Origin: a plasmid
Reading direction: 5' to 3' (one strand)
Sequence record: NZ_CP020440.2
Length of the DNA stretch: 64,000 bases
Part shown: piece after piece, positions 46,205 through 57,097 of the stretch
How the letters are laid out: the number at the start of each line of letters is the position of its first letter
How positions within the stretch are numbered: position 1 is the stretch's first letter
Position numbers and translations under genes: made by a program
The notes under the pieces: model-generated
What the model saw: the letters and a program-made list of their open reading frames with translations, nothing else
What the model was told of the DNA's origin: nothing
Database searches by the model: none

Positions 46205-47611
46205 TTATGCCCGCTCGTCGCGGTAGTGATAGAGGTGATAGAGGCCCCACTGGCCAAGCCGCCGGAACGGTGTCCTCCAGCCTTCGTGGGGCAATTCATC
46301 GTTGAAAATCGGGAGGTTGGGGATGCGCTCGCCGGCGACCAGCTGCGCCATGCGGCGGCCGGCCATGGCGGAATACATCACCCCGTTGCCGCCATAACCC
46401 AGCGCATAGAAGGCGCCCGGCAGGTCGGGCAGGCCGGTGATGCGCGGCATCATGTCGTGGCTGACATCGACCCAGCCCCACCAGCTGTAATCCAGCGGGA
46501 TGCCGCGCAGGGCGGGGAACTTGCGCGCCATGCCTTCGCACAACCCATTGAGATGCGAGGGATTTGCCGCATCGCGTCCGGTGATCGCAGCGCGCGAGCC
46601 GATCTGCAGCCGGTTGTCGGGCAGCAGCCGGTAATAGTGCCGCAGCGTCCGGGTATCGGTCAGGGGCGAGCCGGTGCGGATGCCCACCGCCGCAAGTTCG
46701 TCGGGCGTCAGGACCCGCGTCACGATGCTGTTCGACATGATCGGCAGCAGCCGGTCCTTGATGCGGGGGTGCAGGCCGCGGGGCGCGTAGGCCGCGGTTG
46801 CGACCGCCACACGGCGTGCACGGACCGTGCCTCCGGGCGTACACAGGGTGTGCACACCCCCCCGGTAATCCCATCGCGTGACCGGGCTGTCGGGGTGGAC
46901 GGTGGCGCCCAGCTCGCGCGCCGCCCGCAGATAGCCGAAGGCCAGCTTCGCCGCGTGGATGCCGATGCCGTCGGGTTCCCACAGGGCGCCATGCGCTTCG
47001 TGGTCGCGGGCGACCTCGCGATGGACCTGGTCGCGGTCGAGCATCCGGGCGCCATAGCCGAAGCTGTCGTTCAGCAGCGCCGCCTCGGCCCGCAGGGTGG
47101 GCATCAGCGCGGCCTTGTGGGCGATGTAGTAATGGCCGCCGTCCTGGGCGTCGCAGTCGATGGCGTGGTCGCGGATCAGGTTGCGGAACAGGTCGAAGGC
47201 CTCGGTCATCTCGGCATGCAGGGCGCGCGCCATGTCGATGCCCCAGCGCTGGGTCCACTGGCTGCGCTTGAGCCGGCCGGCGCTGATCTGGGCCTGGCCG
47301 CCGTTGCGGGTCGAGCAGCCATAGGCGACGCCGTTCGCCTCGAGCACCGTGGCCTTGATGCCGTGCATCTTGGCCAGGTGCAGCGCGCAGGAAAGACCGG
47401 TATAGCCCGAGCCGATCACCGCCACGTCCACGTCCATGTCGCGGCGGACCGGGCCGTCGTCCGCAGGCGCGGGGCCGGCGGTGCCGATCCAGTAGGTCGG
47501 CGCATAGTCGCTGCGGGGACCAAGCTGGCGCGCCTTGAGCGGGTCGTAAAGCGGATCGTAGGGGACAGAGCCTGCGCGTGGGGCGATGGTCTGCATGATG
47601 GCTGCACTCAT
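46205..47611 (-). CDS. tauY: Taurine dehydrogenase large subunit (FAD-dependent oxidoreductase, DadA-like)
   Basis: Start MSAAIMQTIAP..., FAD-binding VAVIGSGYTGLSCAL. Placed within the longer ORF 46205..47944. The start overlaps the tauX stop. Confidence 0.8.
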   Translation of the reverse strand: MSAAIMQTIAPRAGSVPYDPLYDPLKARQLGPRSDYAPTYWIGTAGPAPADDGPVRRDMDVDVAVIGSGYTGLSCALHLAKMHGIKATVLEANGVAYGCSTRNGGQAQISAGRLKRSQWTQRWGIDMARALHAEMTEAFDLFRNLIRDHAIDCDAQDGGHYYIAHKAALMPTLRAEAALLNDSFGYGARMLDRDQVHREVARDHEAHGALWEPDGIGIHAAKLAFGYLRAARELGATVHPDSPVTRWDYRGGVHTLCTPGGTVRARRVAVATAAYAPRGLHPRIKDRLLPIMSNSIVTRVLTPDELAAVGIRTGSPLTDTRTLRHYYRLLPDNRLQIGSRAAITGRDAANPSHLNGLCEGMARKFPALRGIPLDYSWWGWVDVSHDMMPRITGLPDLPGAFYALGYGGNGVMYSAMAGRRMAQLVAGERIPNLPIFNDELPHEGWRTPFRRLGQWGLYHLYHYRDERA

Positions 47612-48039
47612 TTCGCGGTTGCGGTTGCGGCGGGGGTCGGGACCGGGGTGGCGGGAATGGCGGGGCGCTGCTTGCGAAGGGCCTGTTTCTCGACGATCAG
47701 GCCGGCTTCGATGCGAAAGAGGTCCGCGCCCTGCACCTCGATCCGGCTGCCGTCGGGCTGGGTGGCGCGGAAGGTCCATTGGCTGACGCCGCGCGTGCCG
47801 TCCTGGGACAGGAAATGCCGGTGGTCGGCCCATTCCACGTCCGGCATGGCTTGCCAGACCGCCTGGAAGGCGCGGGCGATGGCCTCGCGACCCTGGATGC
47901 GGGTGCCGTATTCGGCCTCGCCCGCGACGGTATAGAACACGCAAGCGTCGGCGAAATGGGTCATCACGGCGTCGATGTCGTGGCGGTTGAAGGCGTCGAA
48001 GGTGGCTTTCAGGTCGTCGGCGGTCAGGGTGCGGGTCAT
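47608..48039 (-). CDS. tauX: Taurine dehydrogenase small subunit (NTF2/SnoaL-like)
   Basis: 143 aa (MTRTLTADDLKATFDAFNRHDIDAVMTHFADACVFYT...), an NTF2-like fold. ATGA overlap with tauY. Confidence 0.7.
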   Translation of the reverse strand: MTRTLTADDLKATFDAFNRHDIDAVMTHFADACVFYTVAGEAEYGTRIQGREAIARAFQAVWQAMPDVEWADHRHFLSQDGTRGVSQWTFRATQPDGSRIEVQGADLFRIEAGLIVEKQALRKQRPAIPATPVPTPAATATAK

Positions 48040-48143
48040 CTGCGGATACTCCTGTCCCGGTCGAAGGCGGCGCTGCGCCTTCGATAGGGTCGTTCGGGGG
48101 TGATTCAGGGGGTCGTCGGTTCGGAGGACGGGCGCTCAGGCGG

Positions 48144-48971
48144 TCAGATCTTGCCCTTCCAGGGGATCAGCGCGCGTTCGATGCGCCGGATCAGCAGGTC
48201 GAAGGCGAATGCCAGCACGCCGATCACGATGATGCCCATGATGACCGCATCCGAGGCGAGGTATTCGGCCGAGTTCAGCACCATGAAGCCCAGGCCCCGG
48301 CTTGCGGCCACCATTTCGGCGGCGACAAGCGTGGTCCAGCCGACGCCGATGCCGATGCGCATGCCGGTGAAGATTTCCGGCAGGGCGGCCTTCAGGATGA
48401 CGTGGAAGATCACCTGCATCTTGGTCGCGCCCATCGCATAGGCGGCGTGGATCTGTTCGATCGAGACCGAGCGCACCCCGGCCCGCGCCGCGATCGCCAT
48501 GGGCGCAAAGATCGCCAGGAAGATCAGGAAGACCTTGGGAAATTCGCCGATGCCCAGCCAGATGATGATGAGCGGCAGATAGGCCAGGGGCGGCAGTGGG
48601 CGATAGAATTCGATCACCGGGTCCAGGATGCCGCGCACCCAGCGGTTCACCCCCATCAGGATGCCGGTCGGCACCGCCACGACCAGGGCCAGGAAGAACG
48701 CGCCCAGCACCCGGCCCAGGCTGGCCAGCGTGTGCTGGATCAGGGTCGAGTTCGACACGCCCTCGGTCATGGCCTGCATGAACTTGGCCCAGACCGCGCC
48801 GGGCGAGGGCAGGAACAGCGGCTTGATCCAGCCCATGCCCGTGACCAGGAACCACAGCCCGATCAGCGCCAGGGCCGTCACCAGGCTGATCAGCGCGCTG
48901 GAGCCCGAGCCGGGCGCGCCGTAGCTGGCGCCGGCCTTGGCCGGGCGGGCGCGCATCAGCCGGTCAAGCAT
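48144..48971 (-). CDS. tauC: Taurine ABC transporter permease
   Basis: Start [12 protein letters not shown]...; SsuC/TauC-type permease with an EAA-like region. Overlaps tauB by 8 nt. Confidence 0.85.
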   Translation of the reverse strand: MLDRLMRARPAKAGASYGAPGSGSSALISLVTALALIGLWFLVTGMGWIKPLFLPSPGAVWAKFMQAMTEGVSNSTLIQHTLASLGRVLGAFFLALVVAVPTGILMGVNRWVRGILDPVIEFYRPLPPLAYLPLIIIWLGIGEFPKVFLIFLAIFAPMAIAARAGVRSVSIEQIHAAYAMGATKMQVIFHVILKAALPEIFTGMRIGIGVGWTTLVAAEMVAASRGLGFMVLNSAEYLASDAVIMGIIVIGVLAFAFDLLIRRIERALIPWKGKI

Positions 48972-49779
48972 CGAGTTCGGCCTGCTGTTCCTGACCGGCG
49001 CGTTCGTCGCCGTAGATGATGCCAAGGATCTGTTCACGCATGCGGATGAAGTCGGGGCTGGATTTGATGGCACGGGCGTTTCCCTCCGCCAGAAAGCGTT
49101 TGTTGAAGTCCAGGTCATAGGTGTGGGTGATGCGGCCGGGGCGCGGCGACATGACGATCAGCCGCGAGCCCAGGAACAGCGCCTCCTCGACGCTGTGGGT
49201 GATGAAGAAATACATCTTGTCGGTCTGCTGCCAGATCTTGAGCAGCAGTTCCTGCACGGTTTCGCGGGTCAGCGCGTCCAGGGCCGCCATGGGTTCGTCC
49301 ATCAGCAGCATGGCCGGGTCGCAGGTCAGGGCGCGGGCGATGCCGACGCGCTGCTGCATGCCGCCCGACAGGTGATAGATCATGTGCTTGTGGAAATCCT
49401 GCAGGCCGACCAGCGCCAGGTTCCTGACCGCGCGTTCGCGCCGGGTGCGGGCATCGACGCCCTGCAGCTTCAGGCCGAATTCGACATTGTCGATCACGTT
49501 CAGCCAGGGCAGCAGGGCGTGTTTCTGAAACACCACGCCGCGTTCGGCGCCCGGGCCCATGACCGGCTGGCCACCCAGCGTGATCTGCCCCGAGGTCGGC
49601 GCCATGAAGCCCGCCATCAGGTTCAGAAGCGTGGTCTTGCCGCAACCCGAGGCCCCCAGCGCCACGACGAAATCGCCGCTGTGGATGGTCAGGTCGACGC
49701 CCTTCAGGGCGACGATCTCGCGCCCCTTGAGCTGGCCGGGATAGATCAGGCTGACGTTGGCGATGTCCAGGGTCTGCAT
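48964..49779 (-). CDS. tauB: Taurine ABC transporter ATP-binding protein
   Basis: Start [13 protein letters not shown]. Walker A (GASGCGKTT), signature (LSGGMQQR) and Walker B (LLMDEP). Confidence 0.88.
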   Translation of the reverse strand: MQTLDIANVSLIYPGQLKGREIVALKGVDLTIHSGDFVVALGASGCGKTTLLNLMAGFMAPTSGQITLGGQPVMGPGAERGVVFQKHALLPWLNVIDNVEFGLKLQGVDARTRRERAVRNLALVGLQDFHKHMIYHLSGGMQQRVGIARALTCDPAMLLMDEPMAALDALTRETVQELLLKIWQQTDKMYFFITHSVEEALFLGSRLIVMSPRPGRITHTYDLDFNKRFLAEGNARAIKSSPDFIRMREQILGIIYGDERAGQEQQAELDA

Positions 49780-49817
49780 CCGGGCTCTCTCGGACAAGGG
49801 AAGGGGGGCCGCGGCGG

Positions 49818-50831
49818 TCATTCTGCCGCAGCCTGGGCGAAGCTTGCGTTCACATAGGGGGCGTAATCGGGCAGCGCCTTGTCGATCTGCTTCTGCTGGA
49901 CCAGGAAGGCCGCGCTTTCGCCAAGCGCCCGCGTGGCGCCGCCGCCCAGCCAGCTGTCCGAGACCTGCGCCGCCGCATCCGGGAAGGACAGCATGTTCAG
50001 CGCCTGGACCGTGCCGGCCGGATCGCCCCCGATCATCTTGACGATGCCCTTGACCGGTTCGGATTCGGCGGTCCAGGCGGCCTTGTCGGCGTTGTAATCG
50101 GCATAGGCTGCGGCCAGGGCCCTGGTGAACTCGGTCATGAAGTCCTTGTGGCTTTCGGCGAAATCGCTGGCCACCACCAGCCCGTCGAAGGTCGGCACGC
50201 TGGCCGCGCCCACCTGTTCGCTGTCGGAAATCACCGTGCCGTCCGCCAGAAGCTGGGTCAGCGCCGGCGGCCAGACATAGGCCGCGTCGATGTCGCCGCG
50301 CTGCCAGGCGGCCATGATCTGCGGCGGTTTCATGTTCAGGATCTGGACCTGCTTCGGGTCGATGCCCCAGACCTTCTCCATCCCGACGAGCAGGTGGAAA
50401 TGCGAGGTCGAGACGAAGGGCACCGCCACCTTCTTGCCGACCAGATCGGCGGGCTTTTCGATGCCCGAGCCGTTGCGGGCGACCAGCGCCTCGGACTTGC
50501 CGATGTTGTCGAGGATCCAGAACAGCTGGAAATCGACGCCGCGCGTCGCCGCCGCCGCGATCCCGGTCGAGCCGATCACGCCGACCGGCACGTTGCCCGA
50601 GGCGAGCGCGGTCGAGATGTCGCCGCCCGAGCTGAACTGGCGCCAGTCGATCTCTACGCCCGCCTTTTTCGCGGCGGCGTCGAGGCGTCCGTCGGCGATG
50701 GCCGCGACGAAGGGGCCAACGATCTGCTGGTAGCCCACGACCACGGTTTCGGCGCTTGCCGCGGTTCCCGACAGCAGCACGGCGGTCATGCCCAGGGCGG
50801 CCAGCCGCCGCCCGGAAAGGGTCGTCATCAT
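49818..50831 (-). CDS. tauA: Taurine ABC transporter periplasmic binding protein
   Basis: 337 aa with a signal peptide ([27 protein letters not shown]). NMT1/SsuA-TauA-like. Confidence 0.85.
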   Translation of the reverse strand: MMTTLSGRRLAALGMTAVLLSGTAASAETVVVGYQQIVGPFVAAIADGRLDAAAKKAGVEIDWRQFSSGGDISTALASGNVPVGVIGSTGIAAAATRGVDFQLFWILDNIGKSEALVARNGSGIEKPADLVGKKVAVPFVSTSHFHLLVGMEKVWGIDPKQVQILNMKPPQIMAAWQRGDIDAAYVWPPALTQLLADGTVISDSEQVGAASVPTFDGLVVASDFAESHKDFMTEFTRALAAAYADYNADKAAWTAESEPVKGIVKMIGGDPAGTVQALNMLSFPDAAAQVSDSWLGGGATRALGESAAFLVQQKQIDKALPDYAPYVNASFAQAAAE

Positions 50832-50970
50832 GCGTTATTCTCCCTGTGTGCGGCCTGGCGGATGGTCCGGCGGGCCTTGGTCGCGTGCGTTCAGCGTCAC
50901 GTCATGGCAGGAAATGTTGCAGGGGAAGGGGCCGAAGGATATGACCAGATCGAGACGATTTTAAGTCCAG

Positions 50971-52451
50971 ATGCCGAACCGTATCCCGCCCGAGATCATC
51001 CTGCTGCGCGACAACGACGCGCCGACCCTGCAGGGCCGGCTGGCGGCGGCGATCGTGCGGGCGATTCTGGAAAGCCGGGCCCCGCCGGGGGTGCGGCTGC
51101 CCTCGTCGCGGGGGCTTGCCGATGCGTTGGGGGTGTCGCGCATGACGGTGACGCTGGTCTATCAGGAACTGGTCAGCCAGGGCTATCTGGAGACGGCGCC
51201 GCGCTCGGGCGTGATGGTCGCGGCCACGGTGCCGCACGGCCGGCTGCGGGCGCAGGGCGGCGGCGGCGCGGCCGGGGCGGGGTCGGGGCTGGGGTCGACT
51301 GGGAGGGCTGGCTGGCCCATGTCCCGCAGCGCCAGCGGGTGATCCGCAAGCCGGCGAACTGGCGCGACTATCGCTATCCGTTCATCTATGGCCAGGCCGA
51401 TCCGGCGCTGTTCGACCACCACGCCTGGCGCGACTGCGCGCGCCGGGCCTGGGGCACGCGCGATTTCGCGGAACTGGCGGCGGACCAGTATGGCGTCGAT
51501 GACGCGCTGCTGATCGACTATATCTGCTCGAACAGCCTGCCCCGGCGCGGCATCCAGGCCCGTCCCGACGAGGTGCTGGTGACGCTGGGCGCGCAGAACG
51601 CGCTGTTCCTGGCGATCGAGCTGCTGGCCCGCCCCGACCGGCTGGCCGTGACCGAGGAGCCGGGATACCCTGATTTCGCCGAGGCGCTGCGCCGGGCGCA
51701 AAGCCCCACCACCTTTCTGCCGCTGCGGGGCGGGGGCCTTGATCCGGCCGACCTGCCGCCCGGCACCCGGCTGGTGATCGTCACGCCCAGCCACAACATC
51801 CCGACCGGCGCGACCATGCCGCTGGACCGCCGCCGCCAGCTGCTGGCGCGGGCCGCGGCCGAGGATTTCCTGATCATCGAGGACGATTACGATTTCGAGA
51901 TGTCCTATCTGGCGCCGCCGGCGCCCGCGCTGAAGTCCCTGGACCGGGCCGGACGGGTCATCTATATCGGCAGCTTTTCCAAGGCGTTGTTTCCCGGCTT
52001 GCGGATCGGCTACATGGTCGCGCCCGCCCCCCTGATCGCGCGGGCGCGCGACCTGCGCGCGATCATGCTGCGCCACCCGCCCGCGCATCTGCAGCGCATC
52101 ACCGCCTATTTTCTGGCCCAAGGCCATTACGACGCCCATATCGTGCGGCTGCGGCAGGCGCTGAAGGCCCGGCGCCAGGTGCTCGAGGAGGCGATTTCGC
52201 GCACCTCGCTGGTGATCGCGGGCGCGGCGGCCTCGGGCGGGTCCAGCGTGTGGATCCGGGGCGCGCCGGATGTCGACAGCGCGGACCTGGCCCGGCGGCT
52301 GCGCGCCGAAAGCGTGCTGATCGAGCCGGGGCACGTCTTTTTCGAAACCCCGCCCGAGCCCTGCCCGTTCTTTCGCCTGGGCTATTCCTCGATCAATGAG
52401 GCGGCGATCCCCGAGGGGATCCGCATCATCGGCCGGATGAACCCCGGCTAG
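50971..52451 (+). CDS. tauR: MocR/GntR-family regulator TauR (wHTH + aminotransferase-like domain); apparent frameshift near 51250-51300
   Basis: The GntR wHTH (LPSSRGLADALGVSRMTVTLVYQELVSQGYLETAPRSG) is in frame 1 and ends at a stop at 51342. The linker and aminotransferase-like domain (GVDWEGWLAHVPQRQRVIRKPANWRDYRYPFIYGQ...SFSKALFPGLRIGYMVAP...) continue in frame 3 to 52451. The frame switch lies in ggcggcggcggcgcggccggggcggggtcgggg. Confidence 0.7.
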
Positions 52452-52490
52452 GGCCCCCTGCGCCCCGAATGACGGGCGGCGGCACCGTCC

Positions 52491-53450
52491 TTAGGCGTAG
52501 CGTTCCACGAAAGCGATCTGGTGATCGCCATAGCGGTCGCCGTGCGCAAACCCGGCCGGAAGGACGCGCTCGATCTCGGCGATATCCTCGGGCGCAAGGG
52601 CGGGGGGCTGCCAGTCGCGCAGGTGATCCGCCGTCCGCGTGGCCGGGATCGGGATGATGTGATCGCCCTGCGCCAGCACCCAGGCCAGGGCCGCGCCGGG
52701 GACCGTCCAGCCGCGCGCGGCGCAAAGCTTCCGGAACGGCGCGATGGCCGCCAGATTGGCCGAGAAGTTCGGCTCGGTGAACCGCGGGTTGGTGTCGCGA
52801 AAGTCGATGCCGGCGCGGAAGTCGCGTTTCATCGGCGTGCGCCCGAACATCCCCCGGCCCAGCGGAGAGAAGGCGACGAAGGCCACGCCGAGGTCGCGGC
52901 AGGCCTGGATCAGGCCAAGCTGGGGCAGCCGCGTCCACAGCGAGAACTCGTTCTGAACCGCGGTCACGGGATGGACGGCATGGGCGCGGCGCAAGGTCGA
53001 GGGCGCGATCTCGGACAGGCCATAGCCGCCGATCTTTCCTTCCTGCACCAGCCGCGCCATCGTCCCGGCCAGATCCTCGACGGGGATCTCGGGCTGGCGG
53101 CGGTGGATGTAGTAAAGATCGACATGGTCGCGCTTCAGCCTGCGCAGCGAGTCCTCGAGGCATTGGCGGATATAGGGTTCGTCGTTGCGCACCGCGCGCG
53201 AGGGCGCGGTGACGATGCCGCATTTCGTCGCAAGGTGAATGTCCCGGCGGCCCCAGCGGCCCAGGATCTGTTCCGACACGCCCATGCCATAGATGTTGGC
53301 GGTGTCGAAATGGCTGATGCCCGCATCCACCGCCGCATCGAGGCAGGCCAGCGAGGTAGTCTCGTCCGTCGCGCCGAAGATGCCGCCAAAGCTCATCGTG
53401 CCAAGGCCGATGGCGCCCACATCGCGGTGTCCAAGCCGTCTTTGTTCCAT
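52491..53450 (-). CDS. Aldo/keto reductase family oxidoreductase
   Basis: 319 aa (MEQRRLGHRDVGAIGLGTMSFGG...HFDTANIYG...) with AKR signatures. Confidence 0.88.
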   Translation of the reverse strand: MEQRRLGHRDVGAIGLGTMSFGGIFGATDETTSLACLDAAVDAGISHFDTANIYGMGVSEQILGRWGRRDIHLATKCGIVTAPSRAVRNDEPYIRQCLEDSLRRLKRDHVDLYYIHRRQPEIPVEDLAGTMARLVQEGKIGGYGLSEIAPSTLRRAHAVHPVTAVQNEFSLWTRLPQLGLIQACRDLGVAFVAFSPLGRGMFGRTPMKRDFRAGIDFRDTNPRFTEPNFSANLAAIAPFRKLCAARGWTVPGAALAWVLAQGDHIIPIPATRTADHLRDWQPPALAPEDIAEIERVLPAGFAHGDRYGDHQIAFVERYA

Positions 53451-53617
53451 TCCTGCCCCCTGTGCCGCGCTGCGGCAGGGAAGCGCGGCCCGCCCCGCCC
53501 GTCAAGGGGCGCCATTCACCCACAATGGCTTTCCGTCGAACGCCATGATGGCGCTGACGCTGTTGGCCTTGATGATCCACGGCGTCGCGCCCGGCCCGAG
53601 CACGCAGCGCAGGTCGT

Positions 53618-54328
53618 TCAGCCCTTCAGGACCAGCGCCGCGCCGCTGACGATGGAGAAGATCAGCACCGCCAGCCGCAGGGCCGGGCCGTTGATGCGGG
53701 CGTGGACGTGACGCGAAAGCCAGCTGCCCGCCAGCACCGCCGGCACCAGCGTCAGCGCCGCCCCGAGCTGATCGGTCCCGACGCGGCCCGCGACCAGCAG
53801 GACGGCCAGCGAGATCAACTCTCCGACCAAGAAGCAGGTGGCGACAGTGGCGCGCAGCACCGCGCCCGGGGCGTGCTGGTAAAGCAGCGCCAGCGGCGGG
53901 CCGCCGATCCCGGTCGCGGTTTCGGTCACGCCGGTGAAGAGCCCCACCCCCAGCGCCGCCGGGCGGCCGGGCGAAAAGGGCGGCGCCAGCAGCGCGATCA
54001 GCGCGGCAAGGATGGTCAGAAGCCCGACGGTGATTTCAAGCTGGCGCACCGAAAGCGCGACCAGAACCGCCATGCCCAGGAAGGTGCCGAAGAACCGCCC
54101 GGCCGTGATCCAGCTTGCGCCGGGGCGGTCGATCGCCTCGCGCTCGCGCCAGGCGACCAGGAAGTTCAGCGGCAGCATCAGGATCAGCAGCGTGACCGGC
54201 AGATAGCTTGCGTCGAAGAAGCCGAAGACCGGCGCCATGATCAGCGCAAAGCCGATGCCGACCGCGCCCTGGATGAAGGCCGCGCCGCCGACCAGCAGCG
54301 ACAGCAGAAGAAAGACGGAAAGGGTCAA
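53618..54328 (-). CDS. TSUP (TauE/SafE-like) family membrane transporter; start uncertain (TTG at 54328, or ATG at 54238)
   Basis: About 236 aa polytopic protein (LTLSVFLLLSLLVGGAAFIQGAVGIGFALIMAPVFGFF...). The start overlaps the stop of the upstream amidohydrolase. Confidence 0.65.
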   Translation of the reverse strand: MTLSVFLLLSLLVGGAAFIQGAVGIGFALIMAPVFGFFDASYLPVTLLILMLPLNFLVAWREREAIDRPGASWITAGRFFGTFLGMAVLVALSVRQLEITVGLLTILAALIALLAPPFSPGRPAALGVGLFTGVTETATGIGGPPLALLYQHAPGAVLRATVATCFLVGELISLAVLLVAGRVGTDQLGAALTLVPAVLAGSWLSRHVHARINGPALRLAVLIFSIVSGAALVLKG

Positions 54329-55722
54329 GCGGTCCTCGCGGCCAGCAGGCTGTCGGCGGTCGGATGGATGCGCTGGATCGGCGCGGCGGCGATGGCGGGG
54401 GTGGTCAGGGCGCGGATTTCCCGCAGCAGGGCGCGGGCGTCCCAATCGACCGGCCAGCCCTGGACCAGGCGCAGCCGGCCATTGGTGAAGACGGCGTCGA
54501 TCTGGTCGCGGTTGCCATAGCGGACCAGTTCCCACGTCAGGTCGTGCGAGGGCGTGAACTCGGGCCGGTCCAGATCGACCAGCAGGAAATCGGCGGCCAG
54601 GCCCTCGGCGATGGTGCCGGTCACGGCGCCCAGCCCGCTGGCCTCGGCCGCCATGCGGGTCGCGGCCTCGATCCACAGCCAGCCGCCGCCGCAGGAGCTG
54701 TCGCCCGAGGCCAGGCCATAGCCCGCGCGCTGCATCGTCTCGGCCGCATCCATCAGCCGGAAGCCGTCGGCGCGGGTGCCGTCGGTGCCCAGGCCGAAGC
54801 GGATGCCAAGCGCCTGCATCTGCAGGGCCGGCGCGATGGCATTGCCCTTCCAGACCGAGGCGACGGGGTTGTAGGCCACCGCCGTGCCGCTGTCGCAGAG
54901 CAGGTTCAGCTCCGAAGGCGTGATCAGCGTGGAATGCGCGATCAGGGTCTGGGGACCCAGCGCGCCGACATGGGCCAGGTGTTCCAGCGGCCGGCGGCCG
55001 TTGGCGACCAGCGAGCGTTCGACCGCGACCAGGTGTTCGTTCACATGGGTCTGGAAGGTCGCCTGCGCCGCGGCCGCCATGGCCGAGACGTCGCGCAGCA
55101 TCCCGTCGCTGGCCACCTCGGGGATGGAAATCGCGAGCGAAGGATGGATCAGCGCGTCGCCGCAATAGGTGGCCAGATGCGCCTCGGCCCGGCGCAGGAT
55201 CTGGGCCCGGTCGGGAACCTGCGCCGCGCCGCCGAGGTCGTTGCAGATCTGCGCCACGACCAGCCGCAGCCCGGTTTCGCGCGCGGCATCGACCAGCCGG
55301 CCGATGTGGCCGGCCGAGCGGGTGCCGGCATCGACCGCCGTGGTGAAGCCCCCGCGCAGGCATTCCAGCGCCGCCAGCTTCGAGGACAGATAGACCATAT
55401 GTTCATCCAGGCTGCCTTCGAGCGGCACCCAGATGCGGCGAAAGATCTCGGACGGCTCGCCGAAGACCAGCGACTTGCCCAGCGATTGCGTCAGGTGGGT
55501 GTGGGTGTCGACAAAGCCGGGCATGAGCAGGTGGCCAGGCAGCTCGGCCACGGCGGCCTCGGGATGGGCCGCGCGCAGCCGCCCGACGCTGTCGACGCGG
55601 TGAAAGCGGCCGTCGCGGATCAGCACCGCCATGCCCGGCTGCGGACCCCGGGGCAGCATCAGCCGCCCGGGCGCAACGATCAGGTTTTCGGTTCGGGCGA
55701 AGGTCTGGCGCAGGTCGGCCAT
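54325..55722 (-). CDS. Amidohydrolase-family metal-dependent deaminase (guanine/cytosine deaminase-like)
   Basis: Start MADLRQTF. HxH metal motif (PGFVDTHTHLTQS), a downstream His, and Asp in the GLGTDG region. ATGA overlap with the upstream NCS2 permease. Confidence 0.8.
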   Translation of the reverse strand: MADLRQTFARTENLIVAPGRLMLPRGPQPGMAVLIRDGRFHRVDSVGRLRAAHPEAAVAELPGHLLMPGFVDTHTHLTQSLGKSLVFGEPSEIFRRIWVPLEGSLDEHMVYLSSKLAALECLRGGFTTAVDAGTRSAGHIGRLVDAARETGLRLVVAQICNDLGGAAQVPDRAQILRRAEAHLATYCGDALIHPSLAISIPEVASDGMLRDVSAMAAAAQATFQTHVNEHLVAVERSLVANGRRPLEHLAHVGALGPQTLIAHSTLITPSELNLLCDSGTAVAYNPVASVWKGNAIAPALQMQALGIRFGLGTDGTRADGFRLMDAAETMQRAGYGLASGDSSCGGGWLWIEAATRMAAEASGLGAVTGTIAEGLAADFLLVDLDRPEFTPSHDLTWELVRYGNRDQIDAVFTNGRLRLVQGWPVDWDARALLREIRALTTPAIAAAPIQRIHPTADSLLAARTA

Positions 55723-57059
55723 CAGGCAAGCTCCTTTTCGGTGGAACGCGGGGCGGTCAGCTGGAACATCGCGTTGACCAGCGCCGCCGTGATCGTGCCC
55801 ATGGCGAGACCGTTCCCGAGGATCATCTGGCTCCATTGCGGGAACTGGGTGTAGATGCCGGGCACCAGGATCGGCATCAGCCCCATGGCGAGGCCCGAGG
55901 CCAGGGTGAACATCGCCCCGTGGTCGCGCAGGTCGACGCGGCTGAGGACATGGATGCCGATCACCCCGATGATCGAAAAGACGATGATCGCCGTGCCGCC
56001 GACCACGGGCCCGGGCAGGACGCTGGCCAGGCGCGAGACCGGGGCGATCAGCGCGATCACCACCAGGATCACCCCCGCCATGGCGGTGACGTGGCGCGAG
56101 CGCACGCCGGTCGCCCGCACGATGCCCACGTTTTCGCCCGAGGTGATGATGAGCGAGGTGCCGAACAGCCCGCCCAGGACCGAGGCCAGCGCGTCGCCCC
56201 GGATGGTGCGCGGCACGATGGCATGGGCGTCGCCGTTGCGCCCGACGATCTCGGCGGTGGCGATGGTCTGGCCGGTGGCCTCGGCCATCGAGATGACCGA
56301 GAAGACGATCAGCGGCAGCGCGGCGAGCACGTCGAATTTCGGCATGCCGAAGGGAAAGAGATGCGGCACCGCCAGAAGCGGCCCCTGCATGACGCCCGAC
56401 AGGTCAAGCCGCCCGAGCGCCGCCGCGGTCAGCGTGCCGGCGATCAGCCCCAACATGACCGAGATGCGCTGCAACGTGCCGGTGAACACCCGCGAAAAGA
56501 TCACCGTCAGGGCGATGGTGGCCAGCGCCAGGCCGACGTTGACGGGATCGGCGAAATGCGCCTCGCCCGCGCGGCCGGTGATGGTGCCGCCATAGATCTT
56601 GACCAGGTTCACAGCCACCAGCAGCAGCATGGTGCCGACGACGATGGGCGGAAAGAACCGCAGCAGCCGCCGGAACACCGGCAGCGCCAGGAAGTAGAAC
56701 ACCCCGGTCACCAGCACGGCGCCCACGGCCGTCTGCACGTCGGTCTGCGTGGCGATGGCCAGGAAGATGGCGATCGGCGCGCCGCCCGGCACCATGATGA
56801 AGGGCAGCCGCGCCCCGAAGCCGCCCGGCCCGTAGCTTTGCAGGATCGAGCCGATGCCGCAGACCAGAAAGGTCGCGCTGATGATCGAGACGGTCAGCGC
56901 CGGGTCGAAGCCCAGCGTCTGCGCGACCAGGAACACCGCCGTGATCGGCGAGGCCGCCATGACCAGCACATGCTGGAAACCATAGAGAATCAGGTCCTTC
57001 AGCGGCAGGACCTGATCGACGGGATCCTGCGCCAGCGGCGGGTGAGGGTCGTTTGTCAT
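55722..57059 (-). CDS. NCS2-family nucleobase:cation symporter (xanthine/uracil/guanine permease)
   Basis: Start MTNDPHPPL. NCS2 motifs (QHVLVMAASPITAVFLVAQTLG, TSGENVGIVRATGVRSRHV). Confidence 0.85.
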   Translation of the reverse strand: MTNDPHPPLAQDPVDQVLPLKDLILYGFQHVLVMAASPITAVFLVAQTLGFDPALTVSIISATFLVCGIGSILQSYGPGGFGARLPFIMVPGGAPIAIFLAIATQTDVQTAVGAVLVTGVFYFLALPVFRRLLRFFPPIVVGTMLLLVAVNLVKIYGGTITGRAGEAHFADPVNVGLALATIALTVIFSRVFTGTLQRISVMLGLIAGTLTAAALGRLDLSGVMQGPLLAVPHLFPFGMPKFDVLAALPLIVFSVISMAEATGQTIATAEIVGRNGDAHAIVPRTIRGDALASVLGGLFGTSLIITSGENVGIVRATGVRSRHVTAMAGVILVVIALIAPVSRLASVLPGPVVGGTAIIVFSIIGVIGIHVLSRVDLRDHGAMFTLASGLAMGLMPILVPGIYTQFPQWSQMILGNGLAMGTITAALVNAMFQLTAPRSTEKELA

Positions 57060-57097
57060 GGTGTCTTCCCTGTTGAGATGGGCTGTCTGCATGTCAT

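Noticed and set aside
53618-55363. 581-aa minus-strand ORF spanning the TSUP gene and most of the amidohydrolase
   Set aside because: Only its last 236 codons are TSUP-like. The upstream part is antisense-type low complexity and conflicts with the well-supported amidohydrolase frame. TSUP was therefore called from the TTG at 54328.
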